Shown one piece after another: positions 10,346 through 19,706 of a DNA stretch of 64,000 bases (positions are counted from its first letter, which is position 1; each line of letters begins with the position of its first letter). The notes under the pieces are model-generated. The model saw only the letters and a list, made by a program, of their open reading frames with translations, was not told where the DNA came from and searched no databases. Position numbers and translations under genes: made by a program. Source of the stretch: a virus (taxonomy: Duplodnaviria > Heunggongvirae > Uroviricota > Caudoviricetes); the IMG/VR virus record IMGVR_UViG_3300021426_000084, one strand, 5' to 3'.

Positions 10346-10633
10346 ATGTCAGTATATGCTATAAGCGGATTCAATAACAGCAATTATGAAGGCATTTTTA
10401 CGCTTCTTTTTGACAGCGAAGAAAAGATGATAGCCGAAGTAGAGGATATGATTGCCAGCGATATGGGATTGTCGCGGGCAGCCTTTATCCGGTTACGGCG
10501 AGAAGATAAAACCAAATTTGACGACTGGTTCACAGATAGCGGCGACCGGACTTATGAAAAGTGTCTTGAAGAAGGCGCTTATTACTGCAGTAATGGCTAT
10601 GAGCTCTCATGGGGAGAGTATGAAGTAAGATAA
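10346..10633 (+). CDS. hypothetical protein
   Basis: ATG 10346 after aaggagg. Confidence 0.55.
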   Translation: MSVYAISGFNNSNYEGIFTLLFDSEEKMIAEVEDMIASDMGLSRAAFIRLRREDKTKFDDWFTDSGDRTYEKCLEEGAYYCSNGYELSWGEYEVR

Positions 10634-10645
10634 GGATTTTGAATA

Positions 10646-11320
10646 ATGATAAAGTTTAAAGGCGCAAATATTGAAAAGATTATGTTGGCAACGTCCAACA
10701 AGGGCAAGATTCGCGAACTTCGGGAACTGTTTTCGGACGTTCCCGTAGAAATTGTTTCTATTGAAGACTTCTTCGGCGACAATCTGCCTACCGAGCCAGA
10801 AGAAAATGCAAAAACATTTGCCGGCAACGCAAAAATCAAAGCTGATTATTACGCCCGCCTCTCAGGGATGCCTTGCATCGCTGACGATTCTGGATTGCTG
10901 GTCAGTGAACTAAACGGAGCACCTGGACTGTATTCCCATCGTTTTGCCGCCACGGAAACCAATCCTAACCCAACTGACGACGACAAGAACAAGAAGCTTA
11001 TCGAATTGCTTCATCTTAATGGCTTATCAGAGTCCGACGCTGAGTACTATTGCGCCATAACAATGATTATTCCTAAAAGCATTGGCGTAGATTGTGATTA
11101 TGAGTTCCCGAATATAGGCAGCCTGTATGGCAAGTTCAAAGATGTTGCCTCTGGTACAAACGGATTCTCTTTCGATAAGCACTTTTATCTGAAGGAATAC
11201 GATTATAAGAAAACGGCAGCTGATATTTCTCCTGAAGAAAAGAATCGAATCAGTCACCGTGCCATTGCTATGAACAGGCTAAAAGACGACATCAAACGCT
11301 TTTTTGAGTTTGGAGGATAA
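10646..11320 (+). CDS. rdgB: non-canonical purine NTP pyrophosphatase (RdgB/Ham1, ITPase family)
   Basis: ATSNKGKIRELRELF ... ADDSGL ... NGAPGLYSHRFA motifs. Confidence 0.75.
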   Translation: MIKFKGANIEKIMLATSNKGKIRELRELFSDVPVEIVSIEDFFGDNLPTEPEENAKTFAGNAKIKADYYARLSGMPCIADDSGLLVSELNGAPGLYSHRFAATETNPNPTDDDKNKKLIELLHLNGLSESDAEYYCAITMIIPKSIGVDCDYEFPNIGSLYGKFKDVASGTNGFSFDKHFYLKEYDYKKTAADISPEEKNRISHRAIAMNRLKDDIKRFFEFGG

Positions 11321-11321
11321 T

Positions 11322-11603
11322 ATGACAAAAGACAAATTTTCGCCAAAAATTGGCGAGACGTATTTCACGATTGCGAAGTACTGCAGTAAGCCTTGGAAAG
11401 TTTGCGAGTTTGTATTCAAAAATAATATTGAAGACAGAATACGCATAAACCAGGGCGGTTGCTATAAAACCAGAGAAGAAGCTGAGGCAAAATGCAAAAA
11501 AATTGAAGAAATGCGCAATAACGGAGACCTTGCCGGTGAAATAAGCGCTGAATACGGACTGAACTTTAGTCCGGAAGACAAAGAATGGCTTAATAATCTT
11601 TAA
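11322..11603 (+). CDS. hypothetical protein
   Basis: ATG 11322 after ggagga. Confidence 0.5.
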   Translation: MTKDKFSPKIGETYFTIAKYCSKPWKVCEFVFKNNIEDRIRINQGGCYKTREEAEAKCKKIEEMRNNGDLAGEISAEYGLNFSPEDKEWLNNL

Positions 11604-11615
11604 GGGGCATGAACG

Positions 11616-12113
11616 GTGAAAGTAACGATTAATGGCCATGAGTTCAACTACTCTGGCTCAGGAAGTATATCCGTCAATGGTAACCATGTGGTAATCAACG
11701 GCCAGACTATTGATGGCGAATTCATGGAAAGCAAGGTCATCGATATTTGTGTCGAGGGTAATGTAGAGCACATCGAATCGACCGGTTCCGTAGCTGTCAA
11801 TGGTAACGTAGACCGCGTGGAGGCCGGCGGCACGGTTAAAGTCAGCGGTGACGCTGCTAGTGTTAATGCCGGTGGCAGCGTACTTGTTGAAGGTCAGGTA
11901 CATGGCGATATCAATGCGGGCGGAAGCGTGCATTGTGAAGAATGCAAATCATCCCAGACGAATGACCGGCAGTATTATGAAAAGGTCATTAAAGATGCTT
12001 ATGAGAGCAAAAAGGGTTTAGAAACCGTAGAAGAAGGCATACATTTTACAGATGCGCTTCGAGCCCTGTTCGGTACAAAATTGTATAATAAAAAGGGAAG
12101 TGGCAGGATATGA
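11616..12113 (+). CDS. beta-helical repeat protein (bactofilin-like)
   Basis: repeated V-N-G-N / A-G-G-S-V segments. Confidence 0.4.
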   Translation: MKVTINGHEFNYSGSGSISVNGNHVVINGQTIDGEFMESKVIDICVEGNVEHIESTGSVAVNGNVDRVEAGGTVKVSGDAASVNAGGSVLVEGQVHGDINAGGSVHCEECKSSQTNDRQYYEKVIKDAYESKKGLETVEEGIHFTDALRALFGTKLYNKKGSGRI

Positions 12114-12331
12114 CTAAAGAGGACAAAGAGCAGTTGTTTTGGGACGAATTGGGTTTTGCGCTTGAAGAAGCCAAACGGCACAATAAAAACTTCTGTGAAT
12201 ACTGCCCCGCTTTTCCTGGTAAGTTTACAACAAGCGCTTGTCAAGGCCCAGAGAGCAGTTGTCGCAATGGAATTAAGTATCTATACGAGGTGATGACAAA
12301 TGACAAGAGAAGAACATTTAGCAGCTATTAA
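12110..12331 (+). CDS. small Cys-rich protein (C-x2-CPA family member 1)
   Basis: CEYCPAFPGKFTTSAC; paralogs at 51012, 51897 and 59865. Confidence 0.45.
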   Translation: MTKEDKEQLFWDELGFALEEAKRHNKNFCEYCPAFPGKFTTSACQGPESSCRNGIKYLYEVMTNDKRRTFSSY

Positions 12332-14228
12332 ACAGGCTGACCACGAATACTACGACCTGGATAATCCTACTCTGTCCGATGCAGAGTATGACGAACTTCG
12401 CCGCAGTTATATCGACCAGTACGGCGCCGAGGATTTGAACTATATTCCCGGCAATGCAACGGATGGCTTTGAAAAATTTCGCCATCCGACGCCGGTCACT
12501 TCCCTTGGTAAGTGGACCAAAGGCGTAGATAGCGAAGAAAATCTCAAGAAGAAAATTGATGAACTCTGGCCCGCCATCATCGAGCCTAAGTATGACGGCT
12601 TGACGGTTGTTGCTTATCCGAACGAGGACGGTTCCTGTAAATTTGTGACCCGTGGCTTGGGCGGCGAAGTAGGCGAAGTCCTGCCAAACTTCATTCCTGA
12701 GTACGAAGGGGCGGAAGTTAACAACTCCGGCTATCCGTTCCGCGGCGAAGTATTCATCACGCCGGCAAATTTCGAGAAGCTGAACCAGATGCTGATTGAA
12801 GCTGGCGAAGAGCCCATGAAGAACATGCGCAACGCGGCAGCAGGCTTATTGCGCCGTAAAGAGCGCAGCCCGTATCTGAATCTGCTCAGCTATATTGTCT
12901 ATGAAATCCCCGGCTTTGATGGCTCCATAGAAAAAGTAGAAGGGCTGTCATTCAAGACCAAATTCAATTTCACGGAATATCATTGGAAGGACACCGTAAA
13001 TGAAACGGTTGACTTCATTCCGCGGTGGTATGCAGATATCGTGACGAACGATACTTTTCCAATTGACGGAATGGTTATTAAATACCGTCTTGAGGGCGGC
13101 TTGAAGAAGTTTGGTAGCACGGGGCATCATCCCAAGAATGCCGTGGCCTGGAAGCCGGACAGAACTGTTTTCACGACGGTAGTCCGTGATGTTATCTGGC
13201 AGATGGGCCGAAGTAAAGCAACGCCCGTGGCTATCGTAGACCCCGTGGAAATCGACGGGGCGACAGTTACAAAAGCGTCTCTGCATAATGCGGAACAGAT
13301 TCGTAGGCTCGGCCTTAAAATTGGAGCTAAAGTCACAATTTTCAAGGCAAATGAGATAATTCCCCAAATCGGCGAGGTGCTTGAGCCGGGCGATAAGGAC
13401 ATTGTGCTTGATGTATGTCCTGCCTGTGGCGGCCCGTTGAAAACCGTCAATGGCCAGCAATTCTGCACAAATCCGGACTGCACTGAACGTATTGCTCAAA
13501 ACATCGCTTTTCTCGGTCAGAAAGATGTGCTAGACATCCCCGGCCTGTCTATTCAGACCGCCCGCAAGATGGTTGAAACATATCCTGACATTCTGGATTT
13601 GAAGCAGAACATCATCTTTGAGCTCAGCGTAGCAGAAATCAAGAAACTCCCCGGTTTTGCCGAAAAGTCAGCTCAAAAGTTATATGATGCTATTCAGGCC
13701 GCCCGCAAAGACGTAGAACTGCCGCGGTTTATCAAAGCACTCTGCATTCCTGGCATCGGTAATAATATCGGCAAACTTTTGGCCGATAAATATGGCAGCA
13801 TTGAGAAGATGATAGACTGGATTGAAGGCTCAAAAGAATGCAATACCAGTGATATTGTTGAGGAACAATTGAAGCAGATTAATGGCATCGGCCCAGTCGC
13901 CGCGAAAACCATCATGTCAGACGAATTTTGGGAAGCTGTGGAAACCATAAGACCTGTGTTCACTATTGCTCCGTATAAGAAGTCCGAAGTTGCGGTAGGT
14001 GAATTCGCCGGAAAAATTTTCGTGCTGACCGGCAAGATGGAGCATCCGCGCAGCTATTATGTCGAGAAAATCGAAGCGGCAGGTGGCAAGGAAGGTTCCT
14101 CTGTCAACAGCAAGACTGATTACTTGGTTATTGCTGACGTTAATAGCCAAAGCACTAAGGCAAAGAAGGCCCGTGAGCTTGGGACTAAGCTGATTTCTCC
14201 TGAAGAACTGGAAGAAATGCTGGAATAA
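12300..14228 (+). CDS. ligA: NAD-dependent DNA ligase
   Basis: KYDG adenylation motif, C-x2-C...C-x4-C Zn finger, HhH region and BRCT-like C-terminus; 642 aa. Confidence 0.85.
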   Translation: MTREEHLAAIKQADHEYYDLDNPTLSDAEYDELRRSYIDQYGAEDLNYIPGNATDGFEKFRHPTPVTSLGKWTKGVDSEENLKKKIDELWPAIIEPKYDGLTVVAYPNEDGSCKFVTRGLGGEVGEVLPNFIPEYEGAEVNNSGYPFRGEVFITPANFEKLNQMLIEAGEEPMKNMRNAAAGLLRRKERSPYLNLLSYIVYEIPGFDGSIEKVEGLSFKTKFNFTEYHWKDTVNETVDFIPRWYADIVTNDTFPIDGMVIKYRLEGGLKKFGSTGHHPKNAVAWKPDRTVFTTVVRDVIWQMGRSKATPVAIVDPVEIDGATVTKASLHNAEQIRRLGLKIGAKVTIFKANEIIPQIGEVLEPGDKDIVLDVCPACGGPLKTVNGQQFCTNPDCTERIAQNIAFLGQKDVLDIPGLSIQTARKMVETYPDILDLKQNIIFELSVAEIKKLPGFAEKSAQKLYDAIQAARKDVELPRFIKALCIPGIGNNIGKLLADKYGSIEKMIDWIEGSKECNTSDIVEEQLKQINGIGPVAAKTIMSDEFWEAVETIRPVFTIAPYKKSEVAVGEFAGKIFVLTGKMEHPRSYYVEKIEAAGGKEGSSVNSKTDYLVIADVNSQSTKAKKARELGTKLISPEELEEMLE

Positions 14229-14240
14229 GGAGGAATTTTC

Positions 14241-14495
14241 ATGTATGCAATAAAAGAGTGGGCAGATGAAATAAAGGATATTGTAGCTAAATATCCTACA
14301 GCTAAGTTTGACGACGAATGCGATGAGATACTTTGCGACAGCGAAGAAGTTGCAGTTTCCATGGCAAATGAAATCGAAGAACGCATGGAAGAATTATGCG
14401 TCAACTGTTCAGTTCATACTTGTTATTACAATTCCGAGGAAGACAAAATATCAGACCCAGAATCATATAACGTATGGGCTGTGTATATCATGTAA
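14241..14495 (+). CDS. hypothetical acidic protein
   Basis: SD ggaggaat. Confidence 0.5.
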   Translation: MYAIKEWADEIKDIVAKYPTAKFDDECDEILCDSEEVAVSMANEIEERMEELCVNCSVHTCYYNSEEDKISDPESYNVWAVYIM

Positions 14496-14521
14496 AAGTG
14501 GGTTATAAACAGGGGCACAGG

Positions 14522-14713
14522 ATGTCACAAGAGAATAGTAAGCCAAAATTTGAAGTCGACCAGCCAGTTCGTGTAAAAGCGACCGGCTATGTCGGCGAAG
14601 TATACAGCCGCATTCTGGATTTAGATGGTGATTCATATTGCTATAAGCTCATTCATGGTATTGACTATGAATGGTATAAAGAAAATGAGCTGGAAGCAGT
14701 ACAAGAAGCTTAG
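14522..14713 (+). CDS. hypothetical protein
   Basis: ORF 14474-14713, trimmed to ATG 14522. Confidence 0.4.
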   Translation: MSQENSKPKFEVDQPVRVKATGYVGEVYSRILDLDGDSYCYKLIHGIDYEWYKENELEAVQEA

Positions 14714-14729
14714 GAGAAAATGCTGTAAA

Positions 14730-15083
14730 ATGAAAATCATAACTGTTTCAAATAATGTATTTCGGGAAGAACTTATCGAGAAGGTTCGGGCTGAACTTGG
14801 TACAATGCGCCCTCATAGTAAGGCACTTGTTCTTCTTGACGGCAAAACTACTCCTTATAGTAGCAAAACGGTTCAAGTAGATGGGCATATAATTCGGTAT
14901 GCACGAATTGGGCAAACCCTGCCTGTGGCTTTACGCGGCGCAATGGCAGACGTTATTGCGATTGAAACAACATATCGGCTCCCTAAAGAAGCTGTAGCAA
15001 TGGCACTTGTTATATTAAATGACCATGCAAATGACCATGGAGTATTGATATGCCCGGAAGAACTGGAGGAAATGCTAAAGTGA
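14730..15083 (+). CDS. hypothetical protein ending in PEELEEMLK
   Basis: ATG 14730 with AGGAG upstream; C-terminal tail shared with ligA and the next gene. Confidence 0.45.
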   Translation: MKIITVSNNVFREELIEKVRAELGTMRPHSKALVLLDGKTTPYSSKTVQVDGHIIRYARIGQTLPVALRGAMADVIAIETTYRLPKEAVAMALVILNDHANDHGVLICPEELEEMLK

Positions 15084-15469
15084 GCGATAAGATAAAAGTA
15101 GGACAGGAATTGTACGTCATTCCTGTGGGCGGTTTAATACGCTCCTACGGGAATTATGTCCGTAAAGGTGTAGTTACCAAAGTTGGCCGCAAATACCTGT
15201 ATGTCGAAATTGAGGGCGTATATTATGGAGAACATGGTGCCCGATTCGATAAAGAGACTTTGCGCAGTGAATCAGAGTACGGCTCTCCTTGGATTGCGTT
15301 TCATTCAATGCAGGAAATTAAGGACAGAGAAGAAGCCAGCCGGCTCCGTGAAGAACTCCGAAAGTTCTTTGACTGGACTGGAAAGAGTCATAAGCTTACA
15401 CTAAAGCAGTTAAAAGCTATCGAGAAGATTATAAAATGCCCCGAAGAGTTGGAGGATATGCTGGAATGA
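15080..15469 (+). CDS. hypothetical protein ending in PEELEDMLE
   Basis: GTG 15080 overlaps the upstream stop (GTGA) with GGAGGA 7 nt upstream. Confidence 0.45.
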   Translation: MSDKIKVGQELYVIPVGGLIRSYGNYVRKGVVTKVGRKYLYVEIEGVYYGEHGARFDKETLRSESEYGSPWIAFHSMQEIKDREEASRLREELRKFFDWTGKSHKLTLKQLKAIEKIIKCPEELEDMLE

Positions 15470-15696
15470 TTAAGTCGTGGAAAACACGAGCCAGGTTAGA
15501 TATCTTGAAACTCAAGAGAAGACATTGCCGCTTCGGAGAAATGGGCATAAATGCCTTAGCCATAGGCACAAGACAAACAATAGCGCACAATCAGCCTCTT
15601 TCCTATATTCATATGAAGACGAAACGCAGAAGAGCTTATATTGCTGCGCGGATATTGCTAACCGGTTATGCTCATAAAGTTTGGAGGAAATACTAA
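15466..15696 (+). CDS. small basic protein
   Basis: ATGA overlap; R/K-rich. Confidence 0.4.
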   Translation: MIKSWKTRARLDILKLKRRHCRFGEMGINALAIGTRQTIAHNQPLSYIHMKTKRRRAYIAARILLTGYAHKVWRKY

Positions 15697-15987
15697 ATGA
15701 CAGAGTGGATACCAGGGTATGAGTCCATTGAGGCACACATACTTATTTCTGGAATAGAAAACAAGAATCTTCGACATTATAATCCAGATTGTAGTAAAAC
15801 AAAATGGCTTCCTTTCCCGCGTAGGATTGGAAAAACTAATATGCTTTTGGCAGAACTTAAAGAGCGCCGACATCTTCGGCAACTGCAACCGATATTATTT
15901 GTGCCGCGTAATTTCTATGCGACAGACATGAGAATACCGTTAGAACGCAAAGTGCTAACTGATTTGGCTTTAAGAAATTGGTGGTAA
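15697..15987 (+). CDS. hypothetical protein
   Basis: 96-aa ORF abutting the upstream stop. Confidence 0.45.
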   Translation: MTEWIPGYESIEAHILISGIENKNLRHYNPDCSKTKWLPFPRRIGKTNMLLAELKERRHLRQLQPILFVPRNFYATDMRIPLERKVLTDLALRNWW

Positions 15988-15992
15988 TAACA

Positions 15993-16235
15993 ATGACCAA
16001 ATTTGATGGTAAAGAATATCCAGCTAAACCGTTGAATACCCCCTGTTTTGAGAAAAAGCCTGTCAATGTGGAAAGTTTAGAAAAATCTTTTTCTAATACT
16101 GAAGACTTTTATGCGTTCGACGAAGCACAAATTGTAGACGAAAAGACTTTCTCCTATATCCTGGACGACATTATTAATCGTAATAGGGAAAGTCTGGTAA
16201 AATTATCGAGGAAGCAATGCAATGAACCAGGTTAA
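15993..16235 (+). CDS. hypothetical protein
   Basis: 80-aa ORF. Confidence 0.45.
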   Translation: MTKFDGKEYPAKPLNTPCFEKKPVNVESLEKSFSNTEDFYAFDEAQIVDEKTFSYILDDIINRNRESLVKLSRKQCNEPG

Positions 16236-16635
16236 GGCAGGCGATTTGGTTGGCACTATTGTTGCCGCCAGCGAAAAATATCATACAGCGTTAACTCCGC
16301 TAAGGCTGCAAGCGATGCTTTTCTTTATCCAGAAAGAGTCGTTGTGGCGCCGGTTTATGCCGGCGTTTGACGACGATATTTGCGCTTGGGACTTTGGACC
16401 AGTTGTACCTGACGTATATTATGAGTATAGTCACTATGCCAGCATTCCAATAATCAACGTCGAGGAGAAAGAAATCGACAAGGAGCTTAGGGAAATTATA
16501 GATTGTGTGGCATACAGATACAGCGGCATTGCAACATGGAGACTCGTGGAGGCAATGATAAAAGACAAGGCATATATTAAGGCCCGTACGAGAGGAGATA
16601 ACATCGTCAAATTGGAGGGGATGCTTTATGGCTAA
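16222..16635 (+). CDS. hypothetical protein
   Basis: 137-aa ORF. Confidence 0.5.
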   Translation: MNQVKAGDLVGTIVAASEKYHTALTPLRLQAMLFFIQKESLWRRFMPAFDDDICAWDFGPVVPDVYYEYSHYASIPIINVEEKEIDKELREIIDCVAYRYSGIATWRLVEAMIKDKAYIKARTRGDNIVKLEGMLYG

Positions 16636-16864
16636 GATTGAGAATCAATTCATCGGTATGAATGATGATACATTGGCAACAACGATGAAAGAGTATGAAG
16701 AATGGTGTGACACCGGATTCATTCCTGAAGGCGGCCCGCTCGCAAAAGCTCGCGACAAATATTGCGACGCTTATGATGTCCATGGATTGCTCATCATGGA
16801 AAAAGAGTTGCTTTATGCCGGCACAAAGCGGTGGTTGGAAACTAAAGAAAAGGGAATAAAATAG
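16628..16864 (+). CDS. hypothetical protein
   Basis: 78-aa ORF. Confidence 0.45.
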   Translation: MAKIENQFIGMNDDTLATTMKEYEEWCDTGFIPEGGPLAKARDKYCDAYDVHGLLIMEKELLYAGTKRWLETKEKGIK

Positions 16865-16880
16865 GATTGGAGAAAGCGCC

Positions 16881-17216
16881 ATGACTTACGCAAAATGCAT
16901 AACTATTAGCAAGGAAAAAGCAAAGTTTATCAATTATGCTTTAACTCATGAACCGAAATGCAAGGAAGATATGGTTATTGGGGAAGACAGTACGATTGTA
17001 AATTATGTGAACTTCCCCAATGGCTATTCGATGGATATTAAATGCTGCGGCGTCAAATTTGACCCAAGCACGAGTAATACGGCCTGGACAGAAGCTGTGC
17101 TATTTGATGAAAATGGGGTTGAGGTTGCACGCTCAGATGCCGAAGAACAGTATACAGGCAAATGGGAACTGAAAGATGATAATACAACTTACATTGTAGA
17201 TGTAATGGTTGCTTGA
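16881..17216 (+). CDS. hypothetical protein
   Basis: 111-aa ORF with SD ttggagaaag. Confidence 0.5.
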   Translation: MTYAKCITISKEKAKFINYALTHEPKCKEDMVIGEDSTIVNYVNFPNGYSMDIKCCGVKFDPSTSNTAWTEAVLFDENGVEVARSDAEEQYTGKWELKDDNTTYIVDVMVA

Positions 17217-17240
17217 GTAAGGAAAAGGAATGAAATAAGA

Positions 17241-17681
17241 TTGGACATCAATATTAACAACTTAAAGAAATATGATACCGAACATGCTAAAGCGGGCGAT
17301 ATGCTGATTTCAGCTTATCGTTCCAGCTATAGCAGCCGTTGGGCCTTTAGTCAACATATCATTAAATCTGTATCTGATAAACGCGGCGACATTACGTTTG
17401 ATAATGGAAAACGGTTTGATCGCCAAGGACGGAGATACGGCAGACAAAGGTACGATACCAGTAATGATGTGCTGCTGGAGGTCAATGAGGATAATGTGAT
17501 AGAGATTAACGCCTATGCAAAACATCAGTCTTTGGTGTTTAAGACACGTAAGGCCCTGGAGGCTCTACTCAAAAATGGATGCAGCCGGTTAGACGATATG
17601 CCAACAGAAAAGATTGAGCAATTCTATGAAGTGGTAAAAGATTTTGCAGGAGGGGAATCAAATGAACTATTGGAGTGCTAA
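17241..17681 (+). CDS. hypothetical protein
   Basis: TTG start after aaggaaaagga. Confidence 0.45.
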   Translation: MDININNLKKYDTEHAKAGDMLISAYRSSYSSRWAFSQHIIKSVSDKRGDITFDNGKRFDRQGRRYGRQRYDTSNDVLLEVNEDNVIEINAYAKHQSLVFKTRKALEALLKNGCSRLDDMPTEKIEQFYEVVKDFAGGESNELLEC

Positions 17682-18420
17682 GCAGCAAAATGCCGAACGT
17701 GCCAGACGGCGCACAGAGGAATTCGAAGCGAACTTTACGCCGTCAATGAACTATGCGTTGGTCAGCACTACCGTATATGGCGGCAAAGACCAGAATGTCA
17801 TCGGCAACCCATTTACCGATATCTGTGAAGAATTTGAAGTGGTACAGATGTCTACGGCCGAAGCCATTTATGAGCTAGGGAATAACAACTGCATTGCTCT
17901 GAATTTCGCGTCATATAAAAATCCGGGCGGCGCGTACCTGAATGGCAGCTGCGCGCAGGAAGAATCTTTGTGTCACGAAAGCTGGTTGTATAACATTTTG
18001 GCTCGATTCCAGAGCTATTATGACTGGAACAAAAAGAATCTGAATCGCGGCTTATATAAAGACCGCGCTCTTTACACGCCGGATGTATATTTTAGCGACG
18101 GCGAAAGAAATGCCATAGCTGACATTCTTACCTGCGCTGCCCCGAATCGCAGTATCATTGTCAAAGGATACACCAACTTTACGGAGGAAGAGAACTATAA
18201 AGTTCTGCATGACCGTATGCTGTTCATGTCCAAGATTTGTTCTTTGAAAAAGAAGGACACACTTATTCTCGGCGCATGGGGATGCGGCGTGTTTAAACAG
18301 GACCCGAAAATTGTGGCAAGACTCATTCGCAATACTACATGGCGCGGCGTAAAGAAAATCGTACTGGCTGTCATTGATAAGCCAACGTATGAAGTATTCA
18401 AGAAAGTTTTTGAGGAATAA
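17662..18420 (+). CDS. PARG-like macrodomain protein (DUF2263/TIGR02452-type ADP-ribose hydrolase fold)
   Basis: NFASYKNPGGAYLNGSCAQEESLCHESWLY matches the bacterial-type PARG signature (G-G..QEE..C(R/H).S.LY); ATG 17662 after gcaggagggg. Confidence 0.6.
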   Translation: MNYWSAKQQNAERARRRTEEFEANFTPSMNYALVSTTVYGGKDQNVIGNPFTDICEEFEVVQMSTAEAIYELGNNNCIALNFASYKNPGGAYLNGSCAQEESLCHESWLYNILARFQSYYDWNKKNLNRGLYKDRALYTPDVYFSDGERNAIADILTCAAPNRSIIVKGYTNFTEEENYKVLHDRMLFMSKICSLKKKDTLILGAWGCGVFKQDPKIVARLIRNTTWRGVKKIVLAVIDKPTYEVFKKVFEE

Positions 18421-18437
18421 AGTCAGGAGGGATTATT

Positions 18438-19706
18438 GTGGCAGATATTCTATTGAAGAGTTTCTTTGAAAAATCGCGGTGGGAATCTGCCATTGATACG
18501 GGCGTAGCTAAACGTCTGGACAGATGCATGCTGAAAGAAATGTGTACTAAAGAAGGGCGCCTTGACCTTTACCATCGCATTCGTGATAACAAGTATTACA
18601 TCCGCCCACCGCATGAAGCACTTATCCCCAAGGATAACGGGGAATTTCGAACGGTTTACGTTAACGAAAATGAAGACCGAATTATCCTGTCCATCATCAA
18701 TGACATGCTGTTCGACCTGTATCCACAGAAAGTACATCCGGCCTGCCGTTCTTACCAGAAAGGTATCGGATGCGGCAAGATAGTGCAGGAGGCATCCAAA
18801 GTCCTGGCCGGTATTCATAGCAGCATCGTAGGCTACAAGGTTGACCTTAGTAAGTATTTCGACTCTGTACCTCGCCAGTATATCGATGAAGTATTTGATG
18901 ATGTCGAAAGTAAATTCGGCGCATCCAAAATCATCGATATCCTGCGTGAGTATTATCATACGGATATGGTATATAATCTGCAGAAAAAGCTGATTGAAAA
19001 ATACTCAAGCTTAAGACAGGGATGTGCCGTGGCCGCATATCTTGCCGATGCCGTTCTTTATGACATTGACGATTGCTTATCCAAAATGCCGGGTATTTAC
19101 TACGTCCGTTACTCCGACGACATTCTTATCCTGGGTGAACAAAACAGAACCGGAAAAGCCTTTGACAAACTCAGTGAACTTCTGACGCAGAAAGAGCTGA
19201 AGCTAAATCCAAAGAAGGTGGAAGTCCTGCAAAAAGACCGCTGGTTTAAGTTCCTGGGTTTCACACTGAAGGAAAATCATATCAGCCTGTCTAAGTCACG
19301 AATTAAGAGATTCCAAAAGGCAATTGATGAGCATACATTCAAAGGCAAGTCAAGGAATGAATACCAGCTGGTCAAGAATGTGTTCCGCGCCTTATATCAG
19401 GGCGAAGATGATTACAGTTGGGGAACTAGCGTATTGCCCATCATTAATGTTCAGAAGGACATCGATACCCTGAATTCTTATGTCATGGATGCTATTCGGG
19501 CGGCCATAACCGGGAAAACCCGTATTGGCGGCCTTGGCGTCACAATAAATCAAAGAGATTGTACTATTGCCAGAGGCAAGGGGCGTAACGTTAAGATGAA
19601 TCGGATAAAAAATCCTGTATTGGAATCTTATCTGAGTATCGGTTGCATGCGTAATGCCCTTCTAACTTCGAAAGAGGCTTATTTGACTTTGGCTATGTCA
19701 ATCTGA
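18438..19706 (+). CDS. reverse transcriptase (free-standing, group-II-intron-like/unclassified lineage)
   Basis: RT motifs 1-7: IPKDNGEFRTV, SYQKGIG, GYKVDLSKYFDSV, LRQGCAVAAYLAD, YYVRYSDDILIL (YxDD), LNPKKVEV, FKFLGF; about 110-aa thumb-like C-terminus; GTG start after aggaggg. Confidence 0.85.
   Translation: MADILLKSFFEKSRWESAIDTGVAKRLDRCMLKEMCTKEGRLDLYHRIRDNKYYIRPPHEALIPKDNGEFRTVYVNENEDRIILSIINDMLFDLYPQKVHPACRSYQKGIGCGKIVQEASKVLAGIHSSIVGYKVDLSKYFDSVPRQYIDEVFDDVESKFGASKIIDILREYYHTDMVYNLQKKLIEKYSSLRQGCAVAAYLADAVLYDIDDCLSKMPGIYYVRYSDDILILGEQNRTGKAFDKLSELLTQKELKLNPKKVEVLQKDRWFKFLGFTLKENHISLSKSRIKRFQKAIDEHTFKGKSRNEYQLVKNVFRALYQGEDDYSWGTSVLPIINVQKDIDTLNSYVMDAIRAAITGKTRIGGLGVTINQRDCTIARGKGRNVKMNRIKNPVLESYLSIGCMRNALLTSKEAYLTLAMSI

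Noticed and set aside
14625-15083. Programmed frameshift joining 14625-15083 and 15050-15469
   Set aside because: The overlap is explained by a GTG start (15080) with a well-placed GGAGGA. No slippery heptamer was seen.
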